64,000 nt of DNA from a virus: positions 21,921 to 85,920 of IMG/VR virus record IMGVR_UViG_3300045988_108496. One strand, given 5' to 3'. Position numbers and translations under genes: made by a program. The notes beneath the pieces were generated by a model, which was not told where the DNA came from, ran no database searches, and saw nothing but the letters and a program-made list of their open reading frames with translations. The number at the start of each line of letters is the position of its first letter. The stretch's first letter is position 1. Shown here piece by piece: positions 42,701-52,269 of the stretch.

Positions 42701-45700
42701 GTCTTGATAAACTCGGTGTGTCGTTTCAGGATATAGACAGATGGATAAGCAAAGGAGCAAATGGCAATGCTATCTTCTGGAGGTTGATGAAGATGTTGCC
42801 AAAGGAAAAGTCGGGCTTGATAGATGGTGTAAAATGGAAGCTCGGCAAGGGCGGTTATATCTACCGTGATACCTACGACGGAGGAAAGGCGGGTTTGCAC
42901 GTAGACATGGCCACTCAACGCGAATTTGTTAAGTTGCTTTCCGCTCTCCGGTGGTATGACAATTCTACTGGGCGAAGGACTAATAAACTAAAGCAGATTG
43001 ATAATGCGTACTCGAATTGGGTAAAACCTGGTTATACCCCGCACCCCGAGGAACCTCCTGGTACTCTCGGAAACAACGCTCCCGGGAAGAACACTACCAC
43101 TGGATCGGGTGGTAATCCTAACCGTGATAGAAAGAATATAGCAAAAGACCGTGCCAATGCGCTTATCGTCAATATAAAGGCTTTCTATGAGGAGCAAATG
43201 CGCAAATACCTGGAATGGGTAGCGCAGATGAATGCTGATGGCGAGAAGGTTAGCGAGGGTCAGCAGAAGGAACAGATGGACTATCTGCAATCGCAAATGG
43301 ATCGTGCTCTTGGTACTGCTCGTCAGTCTATCGCTACCCTCGATGATGGTTGGCAAAAGTTCTATTCCCACATGGACGAGGACGTAATGGTATTTGACGA
43401 TGAGACTTCTAAGCAACTGCTTGAGTCTATTGGTAAAGCGGATGTTGGTGAACTTCACAAATTGTTTACTAAACTGTCTGGTGACCTCTCTCGCGAAAAC
43501 AATAAGACTCTCGCAGAGAACCTTGGCGCATTGCTCGACCAGATATTTGCCAATGGCTCTAAGGAATTGCGTGAGGCAGCAGAGAAGTTGCTTGCTCGTC
43601 AACGCGAAATACAGAAGATTTTGAACGAGCACGACTATACCGGTGCTGTTGATCGCAATACTCGTAGCAATTTCGACCGCTTAGGTTTCCTACAGCCAGC
43701 CGAGGATGTTCGTACCGACTCTCCCGAAGGTCTTGAAAAGATGAATGCTGCTTTTGATAAGCTGACAATCAAGGCTCGTGAGTCTATTACCGTATTGTAT
43801 AGTCTTAATCCTGAGAGTGAGGATTTTCAGAATCATTTTCTTCAGTTTTTGTCTGTAGCCAATGAGAGTTTCGATTTCTCTGTTCTTAAAGTGCAAGACC
43901 TCAAAGCTCTTTATCTTGAACTGATAAAGTATAACGATGAATACGCCGCAGCAGAGAAAAAGCAGTATGATGACGCTAAGAAAATTGCAGATTTTCTTTG
44001 GAAACGTAACGAGCGCAATCTTGCCCAGCAGGACAAATTGCGCAAAATACAGAATGAGAGCAACCTTTTCGGCAAACGCACAAACCTTCTCTCTAATCTC
44101 GGTCTTGCCAATCTTACAGCCGACCCTGAAATCGAGTTGATGAAGGCGCGTATGCAAGCTGCTGAAAACTATTACGCCTTTGTGAAAGCTAATTTTCAAA
44201 ATAATCAGCTTATCAACGAAGCCGAACGTGCTCGCCAGGAGGCGGAACTTGCTTATGCCAATCAGATGGCAACGGCAATGAAGTCGCGTCTCTCACAGAT
44301 GAAGGAACTCGTACAGCCCATCGAGGATTTCGGCGCAGCCGTGGGACAGGCTCTTGCCGAAATGCGCTACGATGCAGAGAGTGCAAACGACGCTATCAGG
44401 TCTGCCCTTAAATCTATGCTTGAATCCTGGGCGAAGATGGCACTCAACGACGTAAACACACAAATGTGGAAAGCCATCAACGATGCCGGCGCGAAACGAG
44501 GCAGAAAAAACGCACAGCCCGATATTGATGCGGCGCGTGCTAATGCCAACGCTAATGCGGTAACGATGAATACGTCGGATATTGGCACAGCGGGCAATCC
44601 TGCTCATGTAATAGTGGACAATGAAACAAAACCATCGGATTCTATATCGGACAAAAAGACAGATGTCGTTGTGCACTCGGAGCCAGGTGGACCTGATGCG
44701 CTTCCCACGGTTGCTCACAAGGATTTGCCTGCACCGGCTTCTCCTATTTTGGTACCAAACAATACCGAAAGGCATGGAGCTGGAGGGCTTTTTAAAAGTG
44801 TCGCCCCCGACACTTTGCCTTCTTACCCGTCGAAAGACAAAGTTAGCGCAGAACTCCCCGTAACAATAAAAGATGATAATGTTGTTGACTCTCGTTCTAA
44901 TTCTCAGGAAAAGTCGGATTTGCAGCACGAATCTCTTTCGCGCGTAGAAGAGAAGAGAAGGGGTAATTTCCCATCTGATTTTCATCCCGATTTATACCCT
45001 GAGATTACAGGCAATTCAAAGAAAGAAAGTCCTGTACCTTCGGTTGATACAAAAACATATGAACCGCCGGCAAACGCGGCACTAAAGCGTGCGCATAATA
45101 CCAACAACCTTCAAAATGAAGAACATCGGGAGGGTGTTGTTGGTTTAGGCGATATACCAGAAAATGTTCGAGGTCTTTTAGAGGTTGCTAAGGATTTACA
45201 AAGCAAGGTCTCGGATAGAACAGATAGCAATGTTGGTAGTCCGGCGGAACAAACAGAGGAATCGGATTCTTCTGCAAATTCCACGTCGTATTTCGATCCT
45301 GCTTATCGCACACAAAAAGCCTTGCCCGCAGATGCTCAGGAATCTCAAGGCAAAGTTCGTAAATCGCCTTCAAATCAAAAACAAGGTTCTCCAGCGTTAA
45401 AGGGCGTGGCAGAACAAGCAGGAGGTTCTTTTGCTGATGCCATTACAGGACAATCTTCCTTTGCTGAAGCAGGCGCAGGAATTGTAATGGGCGGAGTAAA
45501 TGCTGCGCTTAATGCAGATCTCGGTGACAGTAAGAAGAAAAAGAAAGAGGAAAAGCAGCGCAAAAAACAGCTTCGAGAAGAGAAGAAGCACCAAAAAGCT
45601 CTCTCTAAAGAGGTTAAGCAGGGCACAAAGGAGCGCGAGAAGACTACCGACAAGGGCGTGAAGAATATGACCGTTACAACGGAGCAAGGAAATAAAGAGC

Positions 45701-46530
45701 AGAGTAAAGGCACAGAGGTTGCACAGCAGACTATGCTTGGTGCAACAGATGCTGCTCTTAACGCTACTCTCGTCGCAAAACAAAAAAACAATGATGCAAC
45801 TTTGCAGTCGGATGCAGGGCGCACTCAGGGCGAGGTGACATTCTCTATCGCTGGAGCAATGGCAAAGTGCTTTGAGTTCTTAGGTCCGATCGCTGGTCCT
45901 ATTGCCGCTGCCGTAGTTATGTCAACTCTTATGGGACTTCTTCAGTGGGCTTTAAGTTCAGCTCTTGGTGGAGGAAAGAAGAAAAACTCAACCAAGGGTC
46001 CTAATACTAAGGTTGTATCTGGTATGCTTACCTACGACTCCGGCAACGTGCAAGACCTTCGTCCGTTTGTCGGCAACGATGGTAGTCTCTATTGGGCAAC
46101 CGAGGACGACAAACCACACAACGGTGTGTCGCTCCTCACTCAGCCTACCGCTACCACCATTAACGGCCGTCCGTCGTTGGTAGCCGAGAACGGTCCCGAG
46201 TTGGTAATCGGACGTGAGACTACGCAAGCAATGATGATGAATAATCCGCAACTGCTGAAGGCTCTCGTCAATTACGACCGCAACTATTCCGGTCGTCGCG
46301 CCTACGACACTGGCAATATAGCCGAGACAAGCCCCACAATCGCCGCAGGAACTTCCGTAACCGACGAAATGGTGTCTTACCAAGCAAACACCAACGTCGC
46401 CCTTCTGCAAGCCGTAAACACGCTCCTGCAACGCCTGGAGCGACCTATTGAGGCAAAGATTGATATGTACGGCCGTGGCAAACTCTATGACAGCATGACA
46501 AAGGCCAATCAGTTTATGAAGAACAAATAG
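39781..46530 (+). CDS. tail tape measure protein
   Basis: 2249 aa. Long coiled-coil N-terminal third, a central hydrophobic cluster (LLKGTLLVSLQMVLIALKAVASLLPVIIGYI...), and a second hydrophobic patch near the C-terminus. Confidence 0.9.
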   Translation: MANLKTEVILTMNGKAAIQVLEALRDKAKSVREEIDHLDEKAPDFKQRKAGLEEVYKALQSAETDVIKGTERLDHALQNLTSTSLQNLRKALGDGRRQLQSLSEDELKENEEIRKKMKQVGDQVRLLEGQYVKIPDGLKNIKNQSDQWLDKAIKQQRDLVGSLEKSDASYQQNLATLKQLEAEEDRRKGKMSVLKAHQTVSNDNASASDLRRAKTTLTEARDNTPTKFSYTIGDYNRELQEIEKRLEAVSGKTQKASMSWKQMKQVLAEPNKASGEDIKRTMEVIQQKIQQLPAGSKYVADLRRQYSMLEQTLKGTRMSQSALNDILARSKQGKASLDELRRAYKQLEEELNQINTKSKEFADKQKSMKELKKNIDEVTGAANKQSGAWHTALKNLTAYVGLFAAFNKAKELVTGAIKKNLEYSGSLTDIRKVSGLTMEEVKKLSTELAKIDTRTSVDGLAQLAYEASKLGVGKYGVEGMTQFVRAADKINVAIGEEMGEKALPSLLKMTEVMGLIPKMGLERSIEAVGSSMFKLASTSTATSSDITEFAKRCTGVARTAGITTDQLLALGSAFSAQMASPEVAATAMSKFIVALQKNHNLIEKDLAIPAGTINSMYQAGNAMDAIVLILEKMKEKGNMNALGEIFKDVGGDGQRLISSMVTMAKNVDMLKDHLYESQEAFEEATAVGKEYSMQQQSAIGILERANNLWEKAFVNPDGVDAVKGMAEWWYEMSATMTSSPLLKGTLLVSLQMVLIALKAVASLLPVIIGYIASQGLYSGLTLLWQYLTALGVAVKSMFQYTRALFTANAAQSTLNKTMKLNPWIALASVIVGVAGAIYGYTQRAKEAAEAAKEAERQANAWRSTLGQAAVETANLNKKLGNYKRMMSESNLSQKERQGLISRFNKDFRSYISNLGIEIKSVKDLRDHYAELAQEAQQATYYRMREQAKQKVLPKLDADRNAASNALTSQMSVLGLDKLGVSFQDIDRWISKGANGNAIFWRLMKMLPKEKSGLIDGVKWKLGKGGYIYRDTYDGGKAGLHVDMATQREFVKLLSALRWYDNSTGRRTNKLKQIDNAYSNWVKPGYTPHPEEPPGTLGNNAPGKNTTTGSGGNPNRDRKNIAKDRANALIVNIKAFYEEQMRKYLEWVAQMNADGEKVSEGQQKEQMDYLQSQMDRALGTARQSIATLDDGWQKFYSHMDEDVMVFDDETSKQLLESIGKADVGELHKLFTKLSGDLSRENNKTLAENLGALLDQIFANGSKELREAAEKLLARQREIQKILNEHDYTGAVDRNTRSNFDRLGFLQPAEDVRTDSPEGLEKMNAAFDKLTIKARESITVLYSLNPESEDFQNHFLQFLSVANESFDFSVLKVQDLKALYLELIKYNDEYAAAEKKQYDDAKKIADFLWKRNERNLAQQDKLRKIQNESNLFGKRTNLLSNLGLANLTADPEIELMKARMQAAENYYAFVKANFQNNQLINEAERARQEAELAYANQMATAMKSRLSQMKELVQPIEDFGAAVGQALAEMRYDAESANDAIRSALKSMLESWAKMALNDVNTQMWKAINDAGAKRGRKNAQPDIDAARANANANAVTMNTSDIGTAGNPAHVIVDNETKPSDSISDKKTDVVVHSEPGGPDALPTVAHKDLPAPASPILVPNNTERHGAGGLFKSVAPDTLPSYPSKDKVSAELPVTIKDDNVVDSRSNSQEKSDLQHESLSRVEEKRRGNFPSDFHPDLYPEITGNSKKESPVPSVDTKTYEPPANAALKRAHNTNNLQNEEHREGVVGLGDIPENVRGLLEVAKDLQSKVSDRTDSNVGSPAEQTEESDSSANSTSYFDPAYRTQKALPADAQESQGKVRKSPSNQKQGSPALKGVAEQAGGSFADAITGQSSFAEAGAGIVMGGVNAALNADLGDSKKKKKEEKQRKKQLREEKKHQKALSKEVKQGTKEREKTTDKGVKNMTVTTEQGNKEQSKGTEVAQQTMLGATDAALNATLVAKQKNNDATLQSDAGRTQGEVTFSIAGAMAKCFEFLGPIAGPIAAAVVMSTLMGLLQWALSSALGGGKKKNSTKGPNTKVVSGMLTYDSGNVQDLRPFVGNDGSLYWATEDDKPHNGVSLLTQPTATTINGRPSLVAENGPELVIGRETTQAMMMNNPQLLKALVNYDRNYSGRRAYDTGNIAETSPTIAAGTSVTDEMVSYQANTNVALLQAVNTLLQRLERPIEAKIDMYGRGKLYDSMTKANQFMKNK

Positions 46531-46617
46531 CCTTCCGTAAGCTGCCTTTGCAGCAATCCGCAAGCAGCAAAAGCATTTTTCTTGCGCTATTTTTCGCAAT
46601 CGGCAAAGCATTTATTA

Positions 46618-46655
46618 GGTCGTCACGCCGTTAGGCGAGGCGACCTTTTCTTTTG
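46618..46655 (+). terminator. intrinsic terminator after tape measure gene
   Basis: 12-bp stem GGTCGTCACGCC/GGCGAGGCGACC (one mismatch, one GU) with loop GTTA, then TTTTCTTTT. Confidence 0.7.
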
Positions 46656-47305
46656 CGTTTCACTCGCATTTATTCCGTTTTCTCACTTATTCAAGAATAA
46701 ACTTCCGCCCCAAGAGTCAAAGTCTCCAAACTCTTGTAATTCCTTAATAATCATGGATATTACATATAATCTAATCATCAAAAGTCCATAAATCTACTAA
46801 AAAACACTACTACTATATATAAATTTCGCCAATTTTCTTTCTTTCCCCATTTTCAAAACTCCCCAACCCTAATAATATAGTTAGTAGCATTAACGCCTAT
46901 GGCGTAAATAATTGACATTTAATAGGTTGTAGGATATAGAGAAAGGCAAAGCAATGCCGAAAAAACGCTATAAAATGCCTTATTTCTACTATTCTTTATA
47001 TTTTTTTTGTTCTTTGCGCTCGTATAGATATATAAAAAATTACCCCATTTTTAAACTTTTAATTGATAAGTAGTGGAAAATCAGAAAGTTAAATCACTTT
47101 TTGGAAAATTCATTGGGCGGTCACGAAGTGGATTTTGGGTGGACAGCAGAAGCGTTTTTCAAAATTACGAACTTTTCGTTTTTTGACATTTTTTGAAAAA
47201 AATGGACTCGAAAACAAAAAACTGGACTTTTGAAGAATTAAAGTCCAAACATAACTAACGTAGGAAAAACGTAGCTAAAATATTGTTTATATCAATTTTA
47301 ATTAT

Positions 47306-47313
47306 TAAATTTG
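47306..47313 (+). promoter_or_regulatory. -7 box TAAATTTG upstream of AEP-primase-like gene
   Basis: Context TTAATTATTAAATTTGCAGC. The ATG lies 40 nt downstream. Confidence 0.6.
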
Positions 47314-47352
47314 CAGCCGATATGATAACCCAGTTATTTCTACTTATAAAAT

Positions 47353-48432
47353 ATGTTTGACGAGATATGCTCTATATATTCTGATGCGCTCGACAATGTA
47401 GGTCGGTATGTAGACCGTGAAACTGGTGAGTGCATTCAGCAAATGACCATCCGCGAGTTCTGCCTTACGGATCGTTGGAAACCCTATGTGCAGCACCTTC
47501 GCGCTATGCGCAAAGAGTATGGCAGTAAGGCGAAGAAGATGCAGGAGTACATCGACACAAAGAAGCAGTTGCCTGGAGCTACACTTAGCGGGCTGTTCAG
47601 CATCTACGACGATGAGTGCATACGTAAGGATGGGTCGAAGTTTATGGCTCCAGTCTCGCGTCGAGAAACTCATCTGAAGCAACACACTGGTTGGCTCGCC
47701 ATCGACATAGACCTTGCGGACAACGCCCATCTGAGCAACTTTGAAAATGTGCGCTTCGCTTGCGGTTATCGTCCTGAAATAGCCTTGCTGATGCGGTCGT
47801 GCTCCGGCAGTGGATATTTCGGTTTAGTAAAACTGGCTTATCCTGAACGGCACAAAGACCAGTTCAAAGCTCTACTAAAAGATTATGCAGCTATCGGCAT
47901 TACGCTTGACAAGGCTTGCAGCAATATCGGACGTGTGCGTTTCGCTTCATGGGATGATTCTGAGCACATATATATAAATAAAAATGTGGTGCCGTATAAG
48001 GGACTGGAAGGTGAGCAAGCTCAGCTTGTCTCTTTGGCTTCACGCCAAGCGTATCGCTCGCACAATGCGAATGTAGAGTATAAAGCCGAAGGCAACTCTA
48101 ACTTCTGGGAACAGCAGCGTGTGCAAGACAGATTGGTCGAGGTTATTGTGCAGGAACTTGTGGGCAACCATCGGAATATTACCGAGAGTTATGACGACTG
48201 GGTGAAAGCGGGATGGGCATTGCGATCACATCCGTATGGTTTTGACCTATTCCACCAACTATCAAGATGCAGCTCCAAATATAATGAAGCGCAGACAAAC
48301 CTGAAATGGCAGCAGTTGGGAAGCAGTCAGACCGTGACGTACAACTATCTCATTCATGCTTGTAAGGTGGCATTGGGAGAGGAAACATATCGTCAGATTT
48401 GTAGGCGAGTTTGGAGTGAGCTGAAGGAGTAA
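47353..48432 (+). CDS. archaeo-eukaryotic-primase-like protein (BT4734/VirE-N-like N-domain plus PriCT-like C-domain)
   Basis: GWLAIDIDL acidic catalytic-type motif, GRVRFASWD, and C-terminal DDWVKAGWAL...LFHQLS...KY...KW resembling PriCT. Confidence 0.7.
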   Translation: MFDEICSIYSDALDNVGRYVDRETGECIQQMTIREFCLTDRWKPYVQHLRAMRKEYGSKAKKMQEYIDTKKQLPGATLSGLFSIYDDECIRKDGSKFMAPVSRRETHLKQHTGWLAIDIDLADNAHLSNFENVRFACGYRPEIALLMRSCSGSGYFGLVKLAYPERHKDQFKALLKDYAAIGITLDKACSNIGRVRFASWDDSEHIYINKNVVPYKGLEGEQAQLVSLASRQAYRSHNANVEYKAEGNSNFWEQQRVQDRLVEVIVQELVGNHRNITESYDDWVKAGWALRSHPYGFDLFHQLSRCSSKYNEAQTNLKWQQLGSSQTVTYNYLIHACKVALGEETYRQICRRVWSELKE

Positions 48433-48599
48433 AAATAAAGGGAAACGCCTTAAACACTTTACAAGTGTTAAACCGAAAACTCAAAAACGGCAAAAACACC
48501 CACGTTTTCGCAAAAAATGAGGCTTACGTGTGTTTTACGGTGGTCTTATGATTCTATATTGATTGCTCAAATGTTAAAATTCAAACAAAAAAACAATAT

Positions 48600-49097
48600 A
48601 TGAAACTGATAACAATTACTGGTCCGAGTGGTGCTGGAAAGGACACTGTGGCTCGGATGCTGTCCGAAATGGGTGGATATAAAGTGTTGTGTTCTTATAC
48701 CACACGTCCGAAGCGTGAAGGCGAGATTGATGGTGTGGAACATCATTTTGTGGAAAAATGCGACGTGCAGCACGACAAGATGTTAGCATACACCCAGTAT
48801 GGTGGCTATGAGTATTGGACCACCATCGACCAGGTGACGGACAAGGCTATTTACGTCATTGACGAGGATGGTCTGAAAGTTTTGTGCAAGAAATTCCCCG
48901 ACATCGAGTTGTTCAATATATGCGTGTCGGCACAAGAAGGCACCAGACTGCGCCGAGGTGTGTCGCAGGAGCGTATGGACCGAGACAAGAAGCGTAAGCG
49001 TCTGCCGTTATCGTTCTTCAACGCGGTAATCTTCAACAATGATTCGCCCAGCGATTTGCAGGAAGAAGTGCGGCGAGTGAGATACATGATTGTGTAA
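48600..49097 (+). CDS. gmk: guanylate kinase
   Basis: P-loop ITGPSGAGKDT and YTTRPKREGEIDGVEHHFV. Confidence 0.85.
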   Translation: MKLITITGPSGAGKDTVARMLSEMGGYKVLCSYTTRPKREGEIDGVEHHFVEKCDVQHDKMLAYTQYGGYEYWTTIDQVTDKAIYVIDEDGLKVLCKKFPDIELFNICVSAQEGTRLRRGVSQERMDRDKKRKRLPLSFFNAVIFNNDSPSDLQEEVRRVRYMIV

Positions 49098-49150
49098 GCA
49101 TCGAGAAAAAATGCACTATCTTTTAAATAATAAACTAAAATTTATAAGTA

Positions 49151-50047
49151 ATGAAATTCATCGAACCACAAGTGGAATGGTGGCGCCAGACATCTCTTGC
49201 ACGACATATAGCAAGAGTGGGCAGAATATGCTACAAGGCTAAGGGCAAGCAGCCCGAAGAAGGAATAACCGAAGAGAAAGTGGAAGCGTTCATTCAGAAG
49301 CGCGACGAAGAACGTTGCAAGGGGTTCTGGGAAAGCGGCCACCGCTCGATGTATCGCCACGGCACAATATACTTTTTCATGCCCAACGAAAAGGGCCTTC
49401 CTAACTACATTTGGGCGTATCTGAATGCTTCTCCCTACATCGACTATGCCACAAAGAACCATAAGGTATGGATCAGCACTAATATGCAGTTCATGCTTGA
49501 GAACAAAAACCTGATGGACGCGCTTAGTCCGTATGGTATCAGCGAAGAAAAGTTTATTGAGAAGGCTCAGAAGTACGAGTGTGAGGAAGCATTCTCCATT
49601 ATCCGAATGACGCTGGTAGTGACTACACAGATAAGTACATCGCGCGAGCTCAACCGCACATCGCCCAACAGCATAGCCGAGCAGAGCACACGCTATTGCA
49701 ATCTGGAGAAGAAGGGTGGCGTACAGATAGCACGTCCGCATTGGTATTTTTATGGCACTCGTTGGCAGCGTATGGTGTATCGTTTTGTATGCCGAGTATG
49801 CGAGTGGGGCTACAACCGACTTCTGAAGTCTGGATTGAAGCCGGAGGATGCACGAGGCGTTCTGCCTCTTGATACCTATACTGTTGTGGCATATACATAC
49901 ACGATTGCCGACTGGAAGCATATTCTTGACCTTCGTTATCATGGCAAGACCGGCACACCGCATCCTAATGCAAAAATTCTTGGCGAGAAAATACGCTACA
50001 TCATCATTGTGCGTATGCGTCAGTATTGTGAGAAGTTTGACATTTAA
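49151..50047 (+). CDS. ThyX-like (flavin-dependent thymidylate synthase fold) protein with altered RHR motif
   Basis: SGHRSMYRH aligns with ThyX GHETPFEH. RELNRTSPNSIAEQSTRY aligns with RQWFRHRIASYNELSGRY, so RHR becomes RTS. The C-terminal LDLR is conserved. Confidence 0.7.
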   Translation: MKFIEPQVEWWRQTSLARHIARVGRICYKAKGKQPEEGITEEKVEAFIQKRDEERCKGFWESGHRSMYRHGTIYFFMPNEKGLPNYIWAYLNASPYIDYATKNHKVWISTNMQFMLENKNLMDALSPYGISEEKFIEKAQKYECEEAFSIIRMTLVVTTQISTSRELNRTSPNSIAEQSTRYCNLEKKGGVQIARPHWYFYGTRWQRMVYRFVCRVCEWGYNRLLKSGLKPEDARGVLPLDTYTVVAYTYTIADWKHILDLRYHGKTGTPHPNAKILGEKIRYIIIVRMRQYCEKFDI

Positions 50048-50070
50048 TCATCAATATAAACATATATATC

Positions 50071-50460
50071 ATGGCAAATTTAACTTTAAACGAATATCAG
50101 GACAAGGCAATGAGTACTTGTATGCCTGAGAGCGACAATCTCTTCTATATGCTTGCTAATCTCGTAGGCGAGGTCGGCGAGTTTGCAAGCAAAGCCGGCA
50201 AGCACATGCGTAAGGGCAAGTTGCATATAACCACAACACAACGCGACGAGGAAGGCTTAATTCTGCATACGCAGGTGTGGAACGTCAGTGACGAGGAACG
50301 TCAGCTTATGCTTTCTGAAATCGGTGATATTCTCTGGCAGACTGCCGGACTCGCCAAAGTTATGGGTGTAACGCTCGAAGAAGTGGCAGAAGAAAATCTC
50401 GCAAAACTTGCCTCTCGCAAGCAGCGAAATGTAATTTCCGGCGAAGGAGATATGCGTTAG
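50071..50460 (+). CDS. mazG: MazG-like nucleoside triphosphate pyrophosphohydrolase
   Basis: LTLNEYQDKA, LVGEVGEF, EIGDILW and EENLAKL motifs. Confidence 0.85.
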   Translation: MANLTLNEYQDKAMSTCMPESDNLFYMLANLVGEVGEFASKAGKHMRKGKLHITTTQRDEEGLILHTQVWNVSDEERQLMLSEIGDILWQTAGLAKVMGVTLEEVAEENLAKLASRKQRNVISGEGDMR

Positions 50461-50501
50461 TTTTTGTTTGATAATCGACCTTATGATAAATAGCATAAAT
50501 T

Positions 50502-51458
50502 ATGGCTAAATCAAATCCTATCAAAGCGAGAGAAGAACTTGTTAGCAACCAGCCCACTATTTACTCTTTCCATTTCAAGGACGTGCCCACAAGCAAGTAT
50601 GCCGAGACCCTCGATGTGCTCTTTCACAATCCAGACTATAATGACGCTGTAGAGAAGCGCAACCGACTCGTAAAGTCGGCTGAACGTTTGCGTCCAGGTT
50701 CGAGCGAAATGGTGAACCTTGTGCGCACCATTCAGCAGCATGATCGCAAATTGGCAGACATCATGTATGCCTCCATCGTGCAGACAAACTTACATTCAGA
50801 GGTTAGCTATGATTTTCTTTCGTTCGGTACTCTGCTGAGGTATTATGTTGACTACAACAAGGACGGTATGCGTGAGCGTGTTGACCGCATGGCAGCCAAT
50901 CTTGATAAGGTAACGTTCCTCGCCGATATGCTTGAGAGTGTTGTTACCGATGTTAAAGCCGATATGCGCGAAATATTCAACGATGGTATAGAGTTCAATC
51001 AGTTTGATGCTGTTCTGAAGGTACTTACTCAACTACGCGGATTCTTTAAGTCTGCCCGACGTGGTGATGCCGATTCGCCCGAAGCGCAGCTCTACTTCGA
51101 CTACTCTGACTCTATCAATGATTATCTTGAGAAGCGGCTGAAGACCTATACCGACAAGTATCGCAAACTGCATCCAGCTGCGCAAGTTTACACTGAAGCC
51201 GACCTCGTAGAAGGTCTTAACCAGTTCTTTGGTCGTAACGACAAGTTCGACATGAGCGTTATCGCTCATACCGAGTCTGGAGGTTGCTATATTGACTTTG
51301 CACAGCTCTGCCTCCGTCTTAGTCGTAACGACATTGAGAAGATAGAAAAAGTGACCGGCAAGATGCAGTCTAACAACATGACCGATGTTGCATTGCGCTA
51401 CAGCTTCAATGCCACTGATTTAATTATGAGCCAATATAAACGGCCAAAACTAAAATAA
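50502..51458 (+). CDS. hypothetical protein
   Basis: 318-aa ORF with TTATGGCTAAA start. Confidence 0.65.
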   Translation: MAKSNPIKAREELVSNQPTIYSFHFKDVPTSKYAETLDVLFHNPDYNDAVEKRNRLVKSAERLRPGSSEMVNLVRTIQQHDRKLADIMYASIVQTNLHSEVSYDFLSFGTLLRYYVDYNKDGMRERVDRMAANLDKVTFLADMLESVVTDVKADMREIFNDGIEFNQFDAVLKVLTQLRGFFKSARRGDADSPEAQLYFDYSDSINDYLEKRLKTYTDKYRKLHPAAQVYTEADLVEGLNQFFGRNDKFDMSVIAHTESGGCYIDFAQLCLRLSRNDIEKIEKVTGKMQSNNMTDVALRYSFNATDLIMSQYKRPKLK

Positions 51459-51466
51459 TAACCGTT

Positions 51467-52198
51467 ATGTCTAACATTTACCTTCGCCTACCTACCAGTC
51501 GTTGCCAGTTCTTCCGTAATCGCGACCCCAAGCATGTGCTTGCCAAGGATGAGCCGTTGGTGTTTAGTGTCTATACGCATGAGCATTTTATCCTCCGTCA
51601 TTATATTACGAACACAACGGAACAATCTCGTTCGCTTGATCCTCAATGTTTTTCGCACCAGCAATGGCGTAACATGATGGCGGGGCGGCATCCCAATGGT
51701 GGAACTTCAATATTGCTTCGTGATAATCAAAACTATCTTTCTTTTGACGAAGTGCAACGTATTTTTGGCTATCGTGATTACAATAAAAGTGAAGATATGG
51801 ACTATATCTGTATTCGTTTGCCCTACGAAGTAGAGGTTGTTGATGTCGTAAAGCAAGTTACATCGACGTGGAATCTCACTAAGGAAGGTGTGTGGCAACT
51901 CAAAGCTGCGCTTAACAATGAATTTAAGCGCAGCCTTATAGAGTGGGCCATGTCTACTTTTGACTATTGCATCTCCAACAATCGTATTATCTGTCGTAAG
52001 CACGTAGCTATGCTTGAACGCTTCCTAATGCGTTACGGCATTGACCCTACCGAGCAAGAGAAAAACAATATGAGGCGCGTCATTGATCGTTGGTTTGCTA
52101 CGGAGCACAAGAATTTCAAGGCTTATTCTTGTGCTGATATGCAGTTCATAGACGAGAGTGAGCGCACAGTCTCGTTCGAGAGAATAGAATGGGAATAA
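51467..52198 (+). CDS. hypothetical protein
   Basis: 243-aa ORF starting 9 nt after the upstream stop. Confidence 0.65.
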   Translation: MSNIYLRLPTSRCQFFRNRDPKHVLAKDEPLVFSVYTHEHFILRHYITNTTEQSRSLDPQCFSHQQWRNMMAGRHPNGGTSILLRDNQNYLSFDEVQRIFGYRDYNKSEDMDYICIRLPYEVEVVDVVKQVTSTWNLTKEGVWQLKAALNNEFKRSLIEWAMSTFDYCISNNRIICRKHVAMLERFLMRYGIDPTEQEKNNMRRVIDRWFATEHKNFKAYSCADMQFIDESERTVSFERIEWE

Positions 52199-52269
52199 CG
52201 TTTCTATGTGAACAACTGTTAAATTATTTTATAAATTAAGTTAAAAAACAACCTTTTTTTAAAAAGTAA

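Noticed and set aside
40539-46611. Numerous antisense or alternate-frame ORFs within the tape measure gene (up to 230 aa)
   Set aside because: They have low-complexity translations and lie wholly inside a 6.7-kb uninterrupted sense ORF.
49142-49963. 273-aa ORF antisense to the ThyX-like gene
   Set aside because: The sense frame aligns to ThyX motifs. The antisense frame has no start context.
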